Assembly: GCA_965205865.1 (NCBI GenBank) | Contig: CBDBHR010000028.1 | Location: forward strand, 288,001 to 352,000 | From: a bacterium | GTDB taxonomy: Bacteria > SAR324 > NAC60-12 | Direction of reading: 5' to 3' | Length of the DNA: 64,000 nt | Part shown: positions 20,901-30,877 of the stretch, in pieces | Layout of the letters: the number at the start of each line of letters is the position of its first letter | Numbering within the stretch: the first letter of the stretch is position 1 | Made by a program: the position numbers and the translations under genes | The notes under the pieces: generated by a model | What the model was told of the DNA's origin: nothing | Database searches by the model: none | What the model saw: only the letters and a program-made list of their open reading frames with translations

Positions 20901-22529
20901 TTAAAAAAGAAAGATCGCCTTGTTTGCCTTGGAGGCAACACTGCGCAGGAGAGTTATCTCAATGCGGGAAGCATTATCCTGATTGCTGAACAGGAAGGAG
21001 CGGACGCGCTCCATCCCGGCATTGGTTTTCTTTCAGAATCATCCCAGTATGCCAGGATTTGCCGGGAACATGGACTCAATTTTATTGGCCCCAGCGCTCA
21101 TAGTATGGATTTGATGGGTAATAAATCCAATGCGTTGGCGACGGCAAAACGTCTGAAGATCCCAGTCGTTCCCGGAAGTGCAGGGGCCCTTGCAGATCCC
21201 GTTCAGGCAGAAACGGTTGCCCGGGAAATCGGATTTCCTGTCTTGATCAAAGCCACCCACGGTGGCGGAGGTAAAGGAATTCGCGTAGTTGAAGAATCGG
21301 AGTCTCTGGTCGATGTCTTTTCCCAAATGTCCCAGGAAGCCCTGAACGCTTTTGGCAATGGGGATTTGTATCTGGAAAAATATATTATTTCAATGCGACA
21401 TATCGAAGTCCAAATCTTGAGAGACAGCCATGGCAACACCAAAATACTGGGCATGAGGGATTGCACGGTACAGCGCAACTATCAAAAATTGATTGAAGAG
21501 TCGATTGGAGAGCATTTTCCAAAGTTAATCGTCAAGCAACTCTACCGTTATACTGAATCAATCATCAATGAAATCGATTACCTTGGGGCAGGCACAGTCG
21601 AATTCATTTATGATCGCCTCCATCAGAAAATCTATTTTATGGAAATGAACACCCGCTTGCAGGTGGAACATCCTGTTACCGAAATGGTATCTGGCCTGGA
21701 TCTCGTTCAAAAGCAATTGGAAATCGCCGAAGGCGGCAATATCGAGGACTTGTCCGTTGAACTCAACGGACATGCTATGGAATTACGGGTCAATGCGGAA
21801 AAAATTGAAATCAACCCGGATGGCACGCTTGTTTTTCTTCCCGACCCGGGAACTATCACAAAAGTAGAATTACCGGCATTCCAAAATATCCGCTTCGTTT
21901 CCGCCGTAAAAAGCGAAAGCGCGGTTCCTCCCTATTACGACGGCCTGATTGCCCAAATCATTGCTCATGGGCCAACCCGTGGAGAAGTGATTCAAACACT
22001 GTTGGATTATCTGAAAGAAATCCGCATCACTGGCATCTCCACAAACCTGGCGTTGGCTGAGGCGATTTTGGAAAATGAACTTTTCCAGTCAGGAGATTAC
22101 GATACCGGATTTCTGAAAACCTTCCTACAACAAATCGATATCCACCAATTGATCCGTGCCACTCAAAATCATGCCGGGGACACGGGGGCGGCAATCGACC
22201 AGAAGACCATTGCCATTCCGGACTCAAGGGAACTCAAGGTGCTTTCTCCCCAAACCGGCGCTTTCTATCGCTCTTCCTCTCCGAGTGACCCGGTATTTGT
22301 CGAAGAAGGACTACAAATTGGTAGCGGGCAAACCCTTTGTCTGCTGGAATCGATGAAAGTCTTCAACGAACTAAGGTTGAAAGCATACAAGGGAGGAGAT
22401 GGAGAACTGCTCTATCCGGAGGACACTTTTTACCGGATCAAAAAAATTATTCCCGAGGACAAGCAAACCGTCAGTCGAGGGGATCTATTATTTGTCATTG
22501 AACCGGAAGAAACCCTCCAATCTGCCTAG
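17985..22529 (+). CDS. Single-chain biotin-dependent carboxylase: CT-alpha, helical insert, CT-beta, biotin carboxylase, biotin carrier
   Basis: FMDTPGA/GQGYSGGA (AccA-like); FQAGAFD/SAGGMQTKEG (AccD-like); HPGIGFLSE, KATHGGGGKG and EMNTRLQVEHPVTE (BC); ESMKVFN (BCCP). Confidence 0.86.
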   Translation: MENRSLFLQAEAMSKDLSLLPEERLPFFDESSLLGLVSQEDIKKNIDRLRRLDVDEYIRQTVLPTENPKRRSAPEVIKNLRGKLIKEELDGPLYVAEIEFFTNNRLRRFGVIAQNRKNQAGVWYPQHHLKAAEYARFFASHGMPLITFMDTPGAAADTEANLRNQSHSISFFIAEMANLEIPTLGIVYGQGYSGGAIPLATTNILLSVRDGVFNTIYPKGLSNIARKYNLSWEECAKYIGVSAFELNAAGYFDGIIDYTPEEPHLLDNLQNAILSAVECIEDNSKKLLKSHNLFFWEHYQESLNHYLNPSEMLIEDNILTDKTPTGILNIFGDVNRFLRYLKLRQKITSQSVLHYARLSTMPQGQLQERLAREQREKFQNWLKSPVELRYHDNLFRKYKRFREACQNRENQRRRLVTFFIGDPKERFETATKELTSEVLLFLYNYWKENAIENLTQLYEYLKYFKSTVTLPDQNVTLLEALQNEHLCHSFQRNFQNIILFDHLYDGVMNNLTMIAGELNGTNQISRKSVEKLFESSFDSAIQEFENHSPDLQTTDAKERFFKWLQLFITQKNCDEIMHNISDWKQRAFPRLSQPLFGLVRYYFATLLPALNTAESDSDSRKQKKFSGKITPRNIGIKDFWNRLDRAYKDLLIQDLLREYKKKPITPKRIIDYFFEDFEELYHDRITVDPVKFPGFRQSVEQALQKGVTPCGIITGLATFADENQRNRVGLAISNTKFQAGAFDMASSEKICQLLAECTKHKLPLIMFISAGGMQTKEGAGALFSMPVLNDRMTRFIKDNELPVICFGFRDCMGGAQASFVTHRLVKTYYFSGTIMSFAGQLVVESHLPMNAILSNYLSNTPGSMEGLVHNPFDEAIDAKLKEADPQIPLAQLTVRDVISKIMAGEYRPYFKPEENAIAQIFEEKLHLGPIQRILIHARGCTATRLIYAAHEAGLEVVLVQSDPDMDSYPANLLKKKDRLVCLGGNTAQESYLNAGSIILIAEQEGADALHPGIGFLSESSQYARICREHGLNFIGPSAHSMDLMGNKSNALATAKRLKIPVVPGSAGALADPVQAETVAREIGFPVLIKATHGGGGKGIRVVEESESLVDVFSQMSQEALNAFGNGDLYLEKYIISMRHIEVQILRDSHGNTKILGMRDCTVQRNYQKLIEESIGEHFPKLIVKQLYRYTESIINEIDYLGAGTVEFIYDRLHQKIYFMEMNTRLQVEHPVTEMVSGLDLVQKQLEIAEGGNIEDLSVELNGHAMELRVNAEKIEINPDGTLVFLPDPGTITKVELPAFQNIRFVSAVKSESAVPPYYDGLIAQIIAHGPTRGEVIQTLLDYLKEIRITGISTNLALAEAILENELFQSGDYDTGFLKTFLQQIDIHQLIRATQNHAGDTGAAIDQKTIAIPDSRELKVLSPQTGAFYRSSSPSDPVFVEEGLQIGSGQTLCLLESMKVFNELRLKAYKGGDGELLYPEDTFYRIKKIIPEDKQTVSRGDLLFVIEPEETLQSA

Positions 22530-22555
22530 AAACAACTTTGTAGTGGATAACCACC

Positions 22556-23845
22556 ATGACGATTTCCTTTTTTCAAAAATGGGGGCGGCTCAGTATCGCA
22601 ATCCTCATCTTTGCCGCTTTGGTCAGCGTTGTCGTTTTTTTTAATGATATTTTGTTCCCCTTCATTCTCGCCTGCTTTTTGGCCTATCTGCTTGCTCCCG
22701 TCATCAGACGCATGCACCAGTGGAAACTAAAGGGGTACCAATTGCCTCGTGGACTGGCGGTGATGCTGGTTTATGTCGTTATCCTGGGCACTCTGATCGG
22801 TGGTGGTTCATATCTGATTCCCAATCTTTACAATGAGATCACCCAGATGCTCAAAGAGATGCCACGCGCTATCAATCAAACGTCACAGACTTGGTTGCCA
22901 TTCATCAACGAGAAATTGAACCAATGGGCGGCCCTGATGCCTGATCCGGTGGACATGGAAATCCCTTCTCAAGGTCCCTTGCCGGAATCATCGACGAACC
23001 GGAATATCAATTCAAACATCAACAGCCCTTATCTTGCAGCCCTGGAAGAATACACCTATGAAATCCGCACCCTGGATTCGGGTAAAATGGAAATCATTCC
23101 GCATCGTAAAATCTCCGGTCCTCCGGAAAAGCCAAAACCTCTGGACTTACGAGATCATTTTTCGTCGGCAATCCAACTTACGGTGGAACGCATTCAGCAA
23201 AACACGGTCAATTTTCTCAATTTCGGACGTCAAATTTTGACCAGAGTTGCCGGGTCGATCTTCACGCTTTTTCTGACCCTGATGATTTCGGCCTTCATTC
23301 TGATTGATATAGAGCGAGTTCTCCGATTTGGACGCTCGCTGTTCCTCCCCAAATACCACTCGGAGTATGAAAAATTTCTGCAACGTTTGGATCAGGGACT
23401 GAGTGGCGTCGTTCGTGGACAAGTCTTGATTTGCCTGATCAACGGCGCTCTCACAGGAATCGGATTACTCATCTTTGGAGTGCCTTTTGTTTTTACTTTG
23501 TCCCTGGTGGCGACAATTTGTTCCCTGATCCCTATTTTCGGTACCTTGCTTTCTTCTTTTCCAATTGTGATCATGGCTTTGACAGTTTCCTTCCCGACCA
23601 CTCTATTTATTGTTGGCTGGATCCTATTGATTCACTTCATTGAAGGCAACATCCTCAACCCCAGGATCATGGGTACCGCAGCCCGCATCCATCCGGCATT
23701 GATTGTCTTCGCCTTGGTTGCCGGAGAATTTGTTGCCGGGATTCCGGGTGCTCTCTTGGCCGTGCCAATTTTTTCGCTCCTTCAGAACACCTTTCTATTC
23801 CTCAAATCAATCATTGAAGAACTCGAACCCGCAGGACCGATTTAA
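22556..23845 (+). CDS. AI-2E family transporter
   Basis: PFILA.FLAYLL.P, VRGQ, LIPIFG, IEGNILNPRIMG and G.LLAVP motifs. Confidence 0.9.
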   Translation: MTISFFQKWGRLSIAILIFAALVSVVVFFNDILFPFILACFLAYLLAPVIRRMHQWKLKGYQLPRGLAVMLVYVVILGTLIGGGSYLIPNLYNEITQMLKEMPRAINQTSQTWLPFINEKLNQWAALMPDPVDMEIPSQGPLPESSTNRNINSNINSPYLAALEEYTYEIRTLDSGKMEIIPHRKISGPPEKPKPLDLRDHFSSAIQLTVERIQQNTVNFLNFGRQILTRVAGSIFTLFLTLMISAFILIDIERVLRFGRSLFLPKYHSEYEKFLQRLDQGLSGVVRGQVLICLINGALTGIGLLIFGVPFVFTLSLVATICSLIPIFGTLLSSFPIVIMALTVSFPTTLFIVGWILLIHFIEGNILNPRIMGTAARIHPALIVFALVAGEFVAGIPGALLAVPIFSLLQNTFLFLKSIIEELEPAGPI

Positions 23846-23895
23846 AAGAAACTCTTATGCGACAATACTACTAACAGTTTTGAAATAGCTATGAA

Positions 23896-24123
23896 GTATT
23901 CTTTAGTTATGTACACAGAATCAATGTCATTCCTGGCTTGCCCAGGAATCCAGGGGTCCTGCCAAAGAACACCTGGATGCCTGATCAAGTCATGCATGAG
24001 ACAGTCATCGTATTCTTTGTTATGTACACAGAATCAATGTCATTCCTGGCTTGCCCAGGAATCCAGGGGTCCTGCCAAAGAACACCTGGATGCCTGATCA
24101 AGTCATGCATGAGACAGTCATCG
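23896..24123. repeat. Two tandem ~113-bp copies of a REP-like palindromic unit
   Basis: GTCATTCCTGGCTTGCCCAGGAATCCA...TGGATGCCTGATCAAGTCATGCATGA duplicated head to tail with one indel. Confidence 0.9.
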
Positions 24124-24647
24124 GGATTGCTTGAATTATTTCAAACTGAGAAACTGACTCAGAATTGTAAATAATTCAGATACTTTTTCTAAGTATTTGA
24201 AATGATTTATTTTCAATTTATTAAGAATTAAAAAAAATGTCAGAACCATTGATGTGAATGACAATTTCAAATACGACGTTGAAAAAAACCAGGCACAAGA
24301 ATAATTGGAGAGATGGAACAATTCATTGTCCCCTGTAATTTTTAGATTGATACCAGCAGAAAAATCGCACCCTTCAATTAGAAAATGGCGCATCAATGTA
24401 CAAGACTGACAGACTCAAAAGTTGCAACGATGACAGCCGGAATCTACAACATCTGGTACAGCATGGCGCCCCTCCTGATGCTTTGCAACAAGAGTTGATT
24501 GAGGAAACGAAGCAAGTCAGCGATCTTGCTATCATGCAGATTGCTAATGATTGCATTTCTTGGACACAAAAATTGTCTTAAAAATCTGATTCTTTTCCAG
24601 AATCGCTCAATTCAGGTTAAATAAACGCAAAAACAAATGAGGAAAAA

Positions 24648-25301
24648 ATGGATGCAAAAACCTTTGTGCAGCAGTTGGAACAGCAAAACAACGTACTATT
24701 GGACAAATTGAAAAAACAGCCGCCGTTGGGAGAGGGAGATGACTTAAACATCAATCAATTATTGAAAATGGCTTTGAAAAACGAAATCGAAGCCACCGAA
24801 CTGGCAGCTTACTGGGTCCACTCGACTCCCGAGGTAGAAGTCAAACTGGGATTTTCACGACAAGTGGGAGATGAAGCGCGACATTATCGAATCATTGCCG
24901 AGCGTCTGCAGGAGCTTGGGGAAGATTTGAGGGATTTCGACCCACTTGCGGCAGGTTACAGTCCCTTGTTTGAATATCTCAAGACCCTGGAAAATACGGT
25001 GGAGCGCGTAGCAGCAGGGCAATTTACCCGAGAAGCCATTGCCTTGATCAAAAACGAGCAATTCATCGAATGCTGCCACGAGGCAGGAGATTCGGAAACC
25101 GCCCGATGTTATGAGGAAATCATACAACCTGACGAAACCTTTCACCATCAATTGGGTAAAAAGATTTTGGAACAATACGCCAATACCGATGCCTTACAGT
25201 TTCAAGCCAGACAAGCTGCCCAAAAGACCTTGGAGCTTGCTGAAGAACTTCAGGGGATCGTATTCAATAAAATGGGAATCCACCATGCGCCAGGATGTTG
25301 A
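24648..25301 (+). CDS. Ferritin-like (diiron four-helix bundle) protein
   Basis: E...DEARH and E...DETFH metal-ligand pattern. Confidence 0.75.
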   Translation: MDAKTFVQQLEQQNNVLLDKLKKQPPLGEGDDLNINQLLKMALKNEIEATELAAYWVHSTPEVEVKLGFSRQVGDEARHYRIIAERLQELGEDLRDFDPLAAGYSPLFEYLKTLENTVERVAAGQFTREAIALIKNEQFIECCHEAGDSETARCYEEIIQPDETFHHQLGKKILEQYANTDALQFQARQAAQKTLELAEELQGIVFNKMGIHHAPGC

Positions 25302-25504
25302 ATCAGAAATTTTTGATTCCGATTCAATACACTGTTAGAAAATTTTGTTTCAGAAGAAGAGTCTTCTTGCCTACCTGACAGGTGCGGTGACAGCCGCTCA
25401 AAAAAAAAATACTTGATTCTTTGTTTGGCATGCGCTATTCTGCTCTTTGATTTTGCATTAAATTTGAATTTTTACACATCAATTACCCGAACGAGAGTAT
25501 TTCA

Positions 25505-25561
25505 ATGCATCTGAATTTGCTGGCTTTATTATCTTTATTACTCTTGAGATCCATCGGATAA
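25505..25561 (+). promoter_or_regulatory. leuL: leu attenuator leader peptide MHLNLLALLSLLLLRSIG
   Basis: 9 Leu codons out of 18, upstream of leuA; sigma70-like TTGATT-17-TATTCT at 25413-25441. Confidence 0.82.
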
Positions 25562-25611
25562 CCGATTGCCAGCAATTGTTATATTTTATTAATTGTGGGC
25601 GTTGGGCCCAC

Positions 25612-25649
25612 AAAAAAGCCGTGGGCTTCCAAGTTCACGGCTTTTTTTT
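25612..25649 (+). terminator. Attenuator terminator hairpin
   Basis: AAAAAAGCCGTGGGCTT-CC-AAGTTCACGGCTTTTTTTT; the upstream GCCCAC can pair with GTGGGC as an antiterminator. Confidence 0.82.
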
Positions 25650-25712
25650 CGCCCTTTTTAATTCTTGTTGTAATCTTTGGCGTTTAAGAAATTCTCAAAA
25701 AAAGGAGATCCC

Positions 25713-27404
25713 ATGAAAACGATGCCTATTGAAAATTATCGTCCTTATCCCCTAGTGGATTTGCCCAATCGCCGATGGCCTTCGAAGGTGATTGATAAAG
25801 CACCCATCTGGTGCAGTGTGGACCTGCGTGATGGCAATCAGGCCCTGGTCAACCCCATGACCATCAAGAAGAAATTAGAGATGTTTCAACTGCTGGTTGA
25901 GATGGGATTCAAGGAAATCGAGGTTGGTTTTCCCTCAGCAGCAGAAGTTGAATTTCAATTTGTGAGAAAGTTGATTGAAGAGCAACTTGTTCCGGACGAT
26001 GTCGCCATTCAGGTGCTCACCCAAACCCGGGATCACTTGATTGAAAAAACCTGTCAAGCGATCGCTGGGGCGAAGCGTGCCATCGTGCATATCTACAATT
26101 CCACCTCCGAAGCGCAACGCCGTGTTGTTTTCCAGTCCGACCGGGCCGGTATCGTGGATATTGCCGTACGAGGGGCTGAACAGGCCCAAGAGTATGCAAA
26201 GGCTCTGAATGATACGGAAGTCGTGTTTCAATATTCCCCGGAAAGCTTCACCGGCACTGAACTGGATTTTGCTTTGGAAATTTCTGAAGCCGTCATCGAT
26301 GTCTGGCAGCCGACTACTGAGCAAAAAACGATCATCAACCTCCCCTCGACGGTTGAGTTGTCCACACCGAATGTCTTTGCAGACCGCATTGAGTGGTTTG
26401 CGCAAAACCTGCGTAACCGTGAGTCGGTCACTCTCAGCGTGCATACTCATAATGACCGGGGCACGGGAGTGGCAACCGGAGAATTCGCCGTAATGGCGGG
26501 TGCGGACCGGGTAGAAGGGACATTGTTCGGCAATGGAGAACGTACCGGAAACATGGATATCGTCACCATGGCCCTCAATCTCTTTTCCCAGGGAGTTGAT
26601 CCCGAATTGGACTGCAGCGATATTCAAAAAATGATTGATATCTATGAAAAATGCACTGGTATGCCGGTTCCCGCCAGACATCCTTATGCCGGAGAACTGG
26701 TGTACACGGCTTTTTCAGGTTCCCACCAGGATGCCATTCGCAAAGGGATGCTGGCACTCAACGATGCAGCGACTCCTTATTGGGATGTCCCCTACTTGCC
26801 AATCAATCCGGAACATGTCGGACGCAGCTACGAAGCCATCATTCGCATCAATAGTCAATCCGGCAAGGGAGGGGTGGCCTATGTGATGGAACAGGAATTT
26901 GGTTATCAACTCCCCAAGGAGATGCATCAGGAATTTGCCCGCATCATCCAAAAAGTGTCTGAAGAATCTGGAGAAGAAGTACCACCCAGCCGGATTTATC
27001 AGTGTTTTCAGGAAGAGTACTTGTGGCCCAGAGAGCCCTTTGAGTTGCAAAAATGCCACATTGAAACCGAGGCTTCCGAAGACGAGAATTCCATCCAAAC
27101 GAGAATCCACGCCAAAGTGGCGATATTTGGGGAAGAACAAATGATCGCAGGAGAAGGCAACGGTCCCATTGACGCGTTTTGTGGCGCACTACGCAGCAAC
27201 AAAAATATTCAGTTTGAGTTTGCCTCTTACCATGAACATGCCCTCGGGGAAGGCTCCAATGCTCAGGCAGTGGCATATGTACAACTCAAGGTGCGGAAAC
27301 ATTCCTTTTTCGGAGTGGGATTGGATTCCAATATCAGCCTGGCATCTATCAAAGCTTTGTGTAGCGCGCTGAACCGCGCTTTTAAAGAAAAAAGCGCTAC
27401 TTAA
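25713..27404 (+). CDS. leuA: 2-isopropylmalate synthase
   Basis: WCSVDLRDGNQAL, HTHNDRG, GNGERTGN, SGSHQDAI and GNGPIDA motifs; AAGGAG RBS. Confidence 0.96.
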   Translation: MKTMPIENYRPYPLVDLPNRRWPSKVIDKAPIWCSVDLRDGNQALVNPMTIKKKLEMFQLLVEMGFKEIEVGFPSAAEVEFQFVRKLIEEQLVPDDVAIQVLTQTRDHLIEKTCQAIAGAKRAIVHIYNSTSEAQRRVVFQSDRAGIVDIAVRGAEQAQEYAKALNDTEVVFQYSPESFTGTELDFALEISEAVIDVWQPTTEQKTIINLPSTVELSTPNVFADRIEWFAQNLRNRESVTLSVHTHNDRGTGVATGEFAVMAGADRVEGTLFGNGERTGNMDIVTMALNLFSQGVDPELDCSDIQKMIDIYEKCTGMPVPARHPYAGELVYTAFSGSHQDAIRKGMLALNDAATPYWDVPYLPINPEHVGRSYEAIIRINSQSGKGGVAYVMEQEFGYQLPKEMHQEFARIIQKVSEESGEEVPPSRIYQCFQEEYLWPREPFELQKCHIETEASEDENSIQTRIHAKVAIFGEEQMIAGEGNGPIDAFCGALRSNKNIQFEFASYHEHALGEGSNAQAVAYVQLKVRKHSFFGVGLDSNISLASIKALCSALNRAFKEKSAT

Positions 27405-27451
27405 CCTGAGTTCGACATAAATCTTCAATAATTTGAGTATCCTCGTGTATA

Positions 27452-27550
27452 TGTCATCCTCGCGAAGCTTGTCCCCGCGAAAGCGGGGAGCGGGGATCCG
27501 GATTTCAGTCTGGCTGCATATCTCCGGATTCCTGCTCCCTGCTTTCGCAG
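27452..27550. repeat. REP-like palindrome at the left edge of the accessory region
   Basis: TGTCATCCTCGCG...CCCCGCGAAAGCGGGG...ATCCGG...CCGGAT...GCTTTCGC. Confidence 0.7.
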
Positions 27551-27802
27551 GTTCTCTTGTTCCGGGTAGACCGACATGGTTTCCTCCAGCACCCATAGCA
27601 GTTCCAGAAATTCGGTGGTAAAGGCGCTGGTCCAGCGCAACGGATGGATGTCGTCCAAAGGCGACGATTTGCGCCCGGCTCCCTTCTTCATGCGGTACTT
27701 GAGCCACGATTGCACGACCTTGAGGCCGGAAACCTCGAACTCGTAGATTTCAGGCGCAACGGGCGCAAACGCACCGTCGCCGACGTGGAGCGTGCGGGTC
27801 AC
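27551..27802 (-). pseudogene. C-terminal fragment of a type ISP/IIG-like restriction-modification enzyme
   Basis: VAPEIYEFEVSGLKVVQSWLKYR pattern; GC-rich patch with no start or MTase motifs. Confidence 0.65.
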
Positions 27803-29046
27803 GGTGGTGCGAATCGGTAGACAATGGATAACTGCGCAGGATCAGTGACGCTTGAATCCGTATGGTGATAGATGTTGGTGCGCCCGGTGGCACAGTCGCC
27901 CATATTGTCACAAGAAAGCATACCAAGAATACCCTGAAAACCAGACGTCGCTGCAAGTTCCTGGCGCAGTGCGGCGCGATCTACATACAACTTTTCACCC
28001 TCTACCACCGCGACAGACTCAATTGCTTTGAGCAACAGCGTGGTTGCATCATAAGCATGCGCCCAATATGGAGACAAGGGTCCTCGACCATAAGAGGTTG
28101 CGAATGCGGAAAGGACGGCATCTGCATTCTTCCCGGTTGCAACATTGACGTTTGAACCGAAATCCGATTCTGGCCCCACAAAATAGATGTCTTCCGACAG
28201 AGACGTACCAAGAAAATCAGAAACCAATAGTGCTGCGCCAGTAATCAAGGTAACATCTGCGAGACTATCAAATTCTCGTGTTTGTTCGACAAAGGGGATA
28301 CCTTCAGCTTTAAAGATTGGGAAAAAGATACCATCCGGATTAGCAGCATCAAATTTTTTCAGGACGTCCCTCATATCCATGTCGGCCTTTTCAATACGGG
28401 CATATGCTACAATTAAACCACCAAAATCGCGAAATGCATTACTGAACGCACTAACAAGTAACGTTGTGTAAGGATCACCATCGTCAAGAGTCACCATTTT
28501 ACGCAATCCTAATTCACCATAAGCGAAGTCGGCAACAGCTTGCGATTGGTAGAGACCATTGATTGAAACCCTGAAATAGCCGGGATAATAATAAGAACTT
28601 GCATTTCCAGCAAGATCAGATGTGAGCAATGGGGAGGTATTAGATGGGGAGATCATCACCAAACCGGCTTCACTGATCACAGGCGAGGCCGCCACCGCAG
28701 CAGCTGAGCAAGACGTGCCGATGACGCCCAATACTTGTTGGTTAGCAATAATTTGCTCCGCAGCTTTATGACCTCCTTCAGGAGAGCACATGCTATCTAC
28801 AGATTCAGAAAGCATAATATCACGACCATGAATCTTGCCGAAGTCTTTTACTGCCAACTCGACGGCATAACGTTGTGTGTCACCTACTGACGGAGCACCT
28901 GTGTGTGAAAACAAGGAACGAATATGTATTGCTTCACCCACATCAAATTCAACTAATTGTTTGGCATAAACACCCAGAGGCAAGATGCAGGTAATCAAGA
29001 AAAACAAAGTGATTTTCATGGTATTTTTAGATTTTTCTTTATTCAT
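27799..29046 (-). CDS. Branched-chain amino acid ABC transporter substrate-binding protein (LivK-like)
   Basis: Signal peptide; VIGTSCS, MISPSNTSP and AHAYDAT motifs; GGAGGA RBS. Confidence 0.88.
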   Translation of the reverse strand: MNKEKSKNTMKITLFFLITCILPLGVYAKQLVEFDVGEAIHIRSLFSHTGAPSVGDTQRYAVELAVKDFGKIHGRDIMLSESVDSMCSPEGGHKAAEQIIANQQVLGVIGTSCSAAAVAASPVISEAGLVMISPSNTSPLLTSDLAGNASSYYYPGYFRVSINGLYQSQAVADFAYGELGLRKMVTLDDGDPYTTLLVSAFSNAFRDFGGLIVAYARIEKADMDMRDVLKKFDAANPDGIFFPIFKAEGIPFVEQTREFDSLADVTLITGAALLVSDFLGTSLSEDIYFVGPESDFGSNVNVATGKNADAVLSAFATSYGRGPLSPYWAHAYDATTLLLKAIESVAVVEGEKLYVDRAALRQELAATSGFQGILGMLSCDNMGDCATGRTNIYHHTDSSVTDPAQLSIVYRFAPP

Positions 29047-29216
29047 CGTATCCTCCATTGATTTTTTAATTTTACTGATGAAAAGGTTGGGAAATGTTAC
29101 TTCCTCAGCCTTCAGACATAAATGACCAAAAAAACGTCATAATTATTTTTATTAAAGATTCATGCGTTGATTAGATTAATATGTTTTTAAGAAAGTGCAA
29201 ACTTTTTTGCGTTAAT

Positions 29217-29445
29217 TTATAAGCCAGTGATTTTCTTGAAGAAAGGAAAATTCTTTTGCACTTTCGCGACAGGTGTTGATCGCCAGTGTATTTCCATTTT
29301 GAGGCTAATAAAAGCCAGGAGTCGATAGCAAGAGTTTTCCACGGCGACAATTTCCATTGGCCGAGTTCTTCTTTTGAACTTTTTATTCAATCGTTCAATG
29401 ACATTGGTTGTTCTCAGAGAAATCCATTCCTCTTTTTGAAACTGA
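29217..29445 (-). pseudogene. IS256-family transposase C-terminal fragment
   Basis: LRTTNVIERLNK.FKRRT motif. Confidence 0.75.
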
Positions 29446-29762
29446 TGATTTAATTTGAATGATGACGACAATCTTCGTATAAATCCCTGCATTAAACAGC
29501 AAAATCGAACAGAAACATATTTCATTACCAAGATCGCGCGTGGAATGCGCAAATCAAAAAAAGCAGGAGATCGCCATGAATGATAGAAATCCCATAGAAG
29601 AGTACAATGAAATTTCAAGATGCAAAAACATTTTTACTGCAGCCCTCTTGAAGCTGCCGCAAATATTCAAGTGGCACCAGTACATTGTTAAATTAGTTTT
29701 GTAATGGTTTATCAGATTATTGCATGAATTTTGCATTTTGTTTTTGCGAAAGGAGTCGCCTG

Positions 29763-30105
29763 CGCAAATTCATGGAAATGCCAGACTAACCATAAAGCAA
29801 AGAGAAGCAGTTCGTCGCTTACATCATGAGGATCGTCGTACGATAGCATCTCTTTCAAGAGACTTTGGAGTCTCGCCTGATACGATCCTGAAATGGGTTC
29901 ACCGAGAATCCTCTTTTGATCGCAAGATGCCTTCTTCAAAACGTAAAAGAATCGTTGAGGAAGACTACCGTCAGGCTATTATTGAGTATCGTAAGCAGCA
30001 CCCCAATCATGGTAAACTTCGTATTGCCCGGGAACTTCGGGAAGCCTTTCCTCATGCAAGACCCAGTACTATTTTGAGGGTTCTTCAACAAGCCGGTTTA
30101 ATCGT
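29763..30105 (+). pseudogene. IS481-like transposase N-terminal (HTH) fragment
   Basis: IHGNARLT...R...FGVS..TI.KWV.R pattern; no DDE domain follows. Confidence 0.65.
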
Positions 30106-30135
30106 TGCTATATCCTATTCAAATCATTTAGTTCG

Positions 30136-30245
30136 TTATCTCGAACTCAGCTTAATAAAAGCAATGATCTTCATTTCTTTACCACAATTTGGGCATAACA
30201 GGGGATCCGCCTCGAAGATTTTATGGATCAGCCGTGCCCGGCTCG
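30136..30245 (-). pseudogene. IS91-like transposase C-terminal fragment
   Basis: ARLIHKIFEADPLLCPNCGKEMKIIAFI. Confidence 0.65.
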
Positions 30246-30877
30246 CGCTTGCCTTAGTCCTTCCTTTGATCTTTTTTACCGGGTCCGGGGTAGCGGAGGC
30301 CGAGAGGGTCGAGGTGCTGCGCGAGGGCGACATCGCCGGCTGGGAAGAGAAGACGTTCAGCGGCAAGACTTTGTACGAGACCTTTCGTCTGGAGGACAGG
30401 TCGGTGGTGCGCGCGACGAGCCGTGGCACCGCCTCGGGGCTCTACTTCAGGCTTCGAATCGACCTCGACAAGACCCCGTTCCTGCGCTGGAGCTGGCGGG
30501 TCGATGGGACGCTCGGCGATATCGACGAGCGAACGAAGGCCGGCGACGACTACAGCGCGAGGGTTTACGTGATTCGCTCGCACCCGGTATTTCTCTGGCG
30601 GACGCGCGCCGTGAACTACGTCTGGGCAAGCGCGCGGACCGCGGGCGAGACGTGGCCGAATGCGTACACGGATCGTGCGCAGCACGTTGCGGTCCGCTCC
30701 GGCGACACGCAGGCCGGCCAGTGGGTGGCCGAACGCCGTGACGTGCGGGCCGATTTCCGGGAGCTGTTCGGGGAGTCCGTCCGATACGTCGACGCGGTCG
30801 CGATCATGACCGATACCGACGACACCGGCGGTACCGCGGTGGCGTACTACGGAGACATCACGTTCTCGAGCGAGTGA
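30246..30877 (+). CDS. DUF3047-like protein, GC-rich; native start lost and fused in frame to IS debris
   Basis: GWEEK.F, TPFLRWSWRV, GDDYSARVYV, NYVWAS and AIMTDTD motifs. Confidence 0.75.

Noticed and set aside
23891-24174. Short ORFs with duplicated peptides
   Set aside because: They are translations of the tandem REP-like repeat.
25290-25320. Selenocysteine readthrough at the Cys-TGA end of the ferritin-like gene
   Set aside because: No SECIS-like hairpin follows, and another stop comes four codons later.
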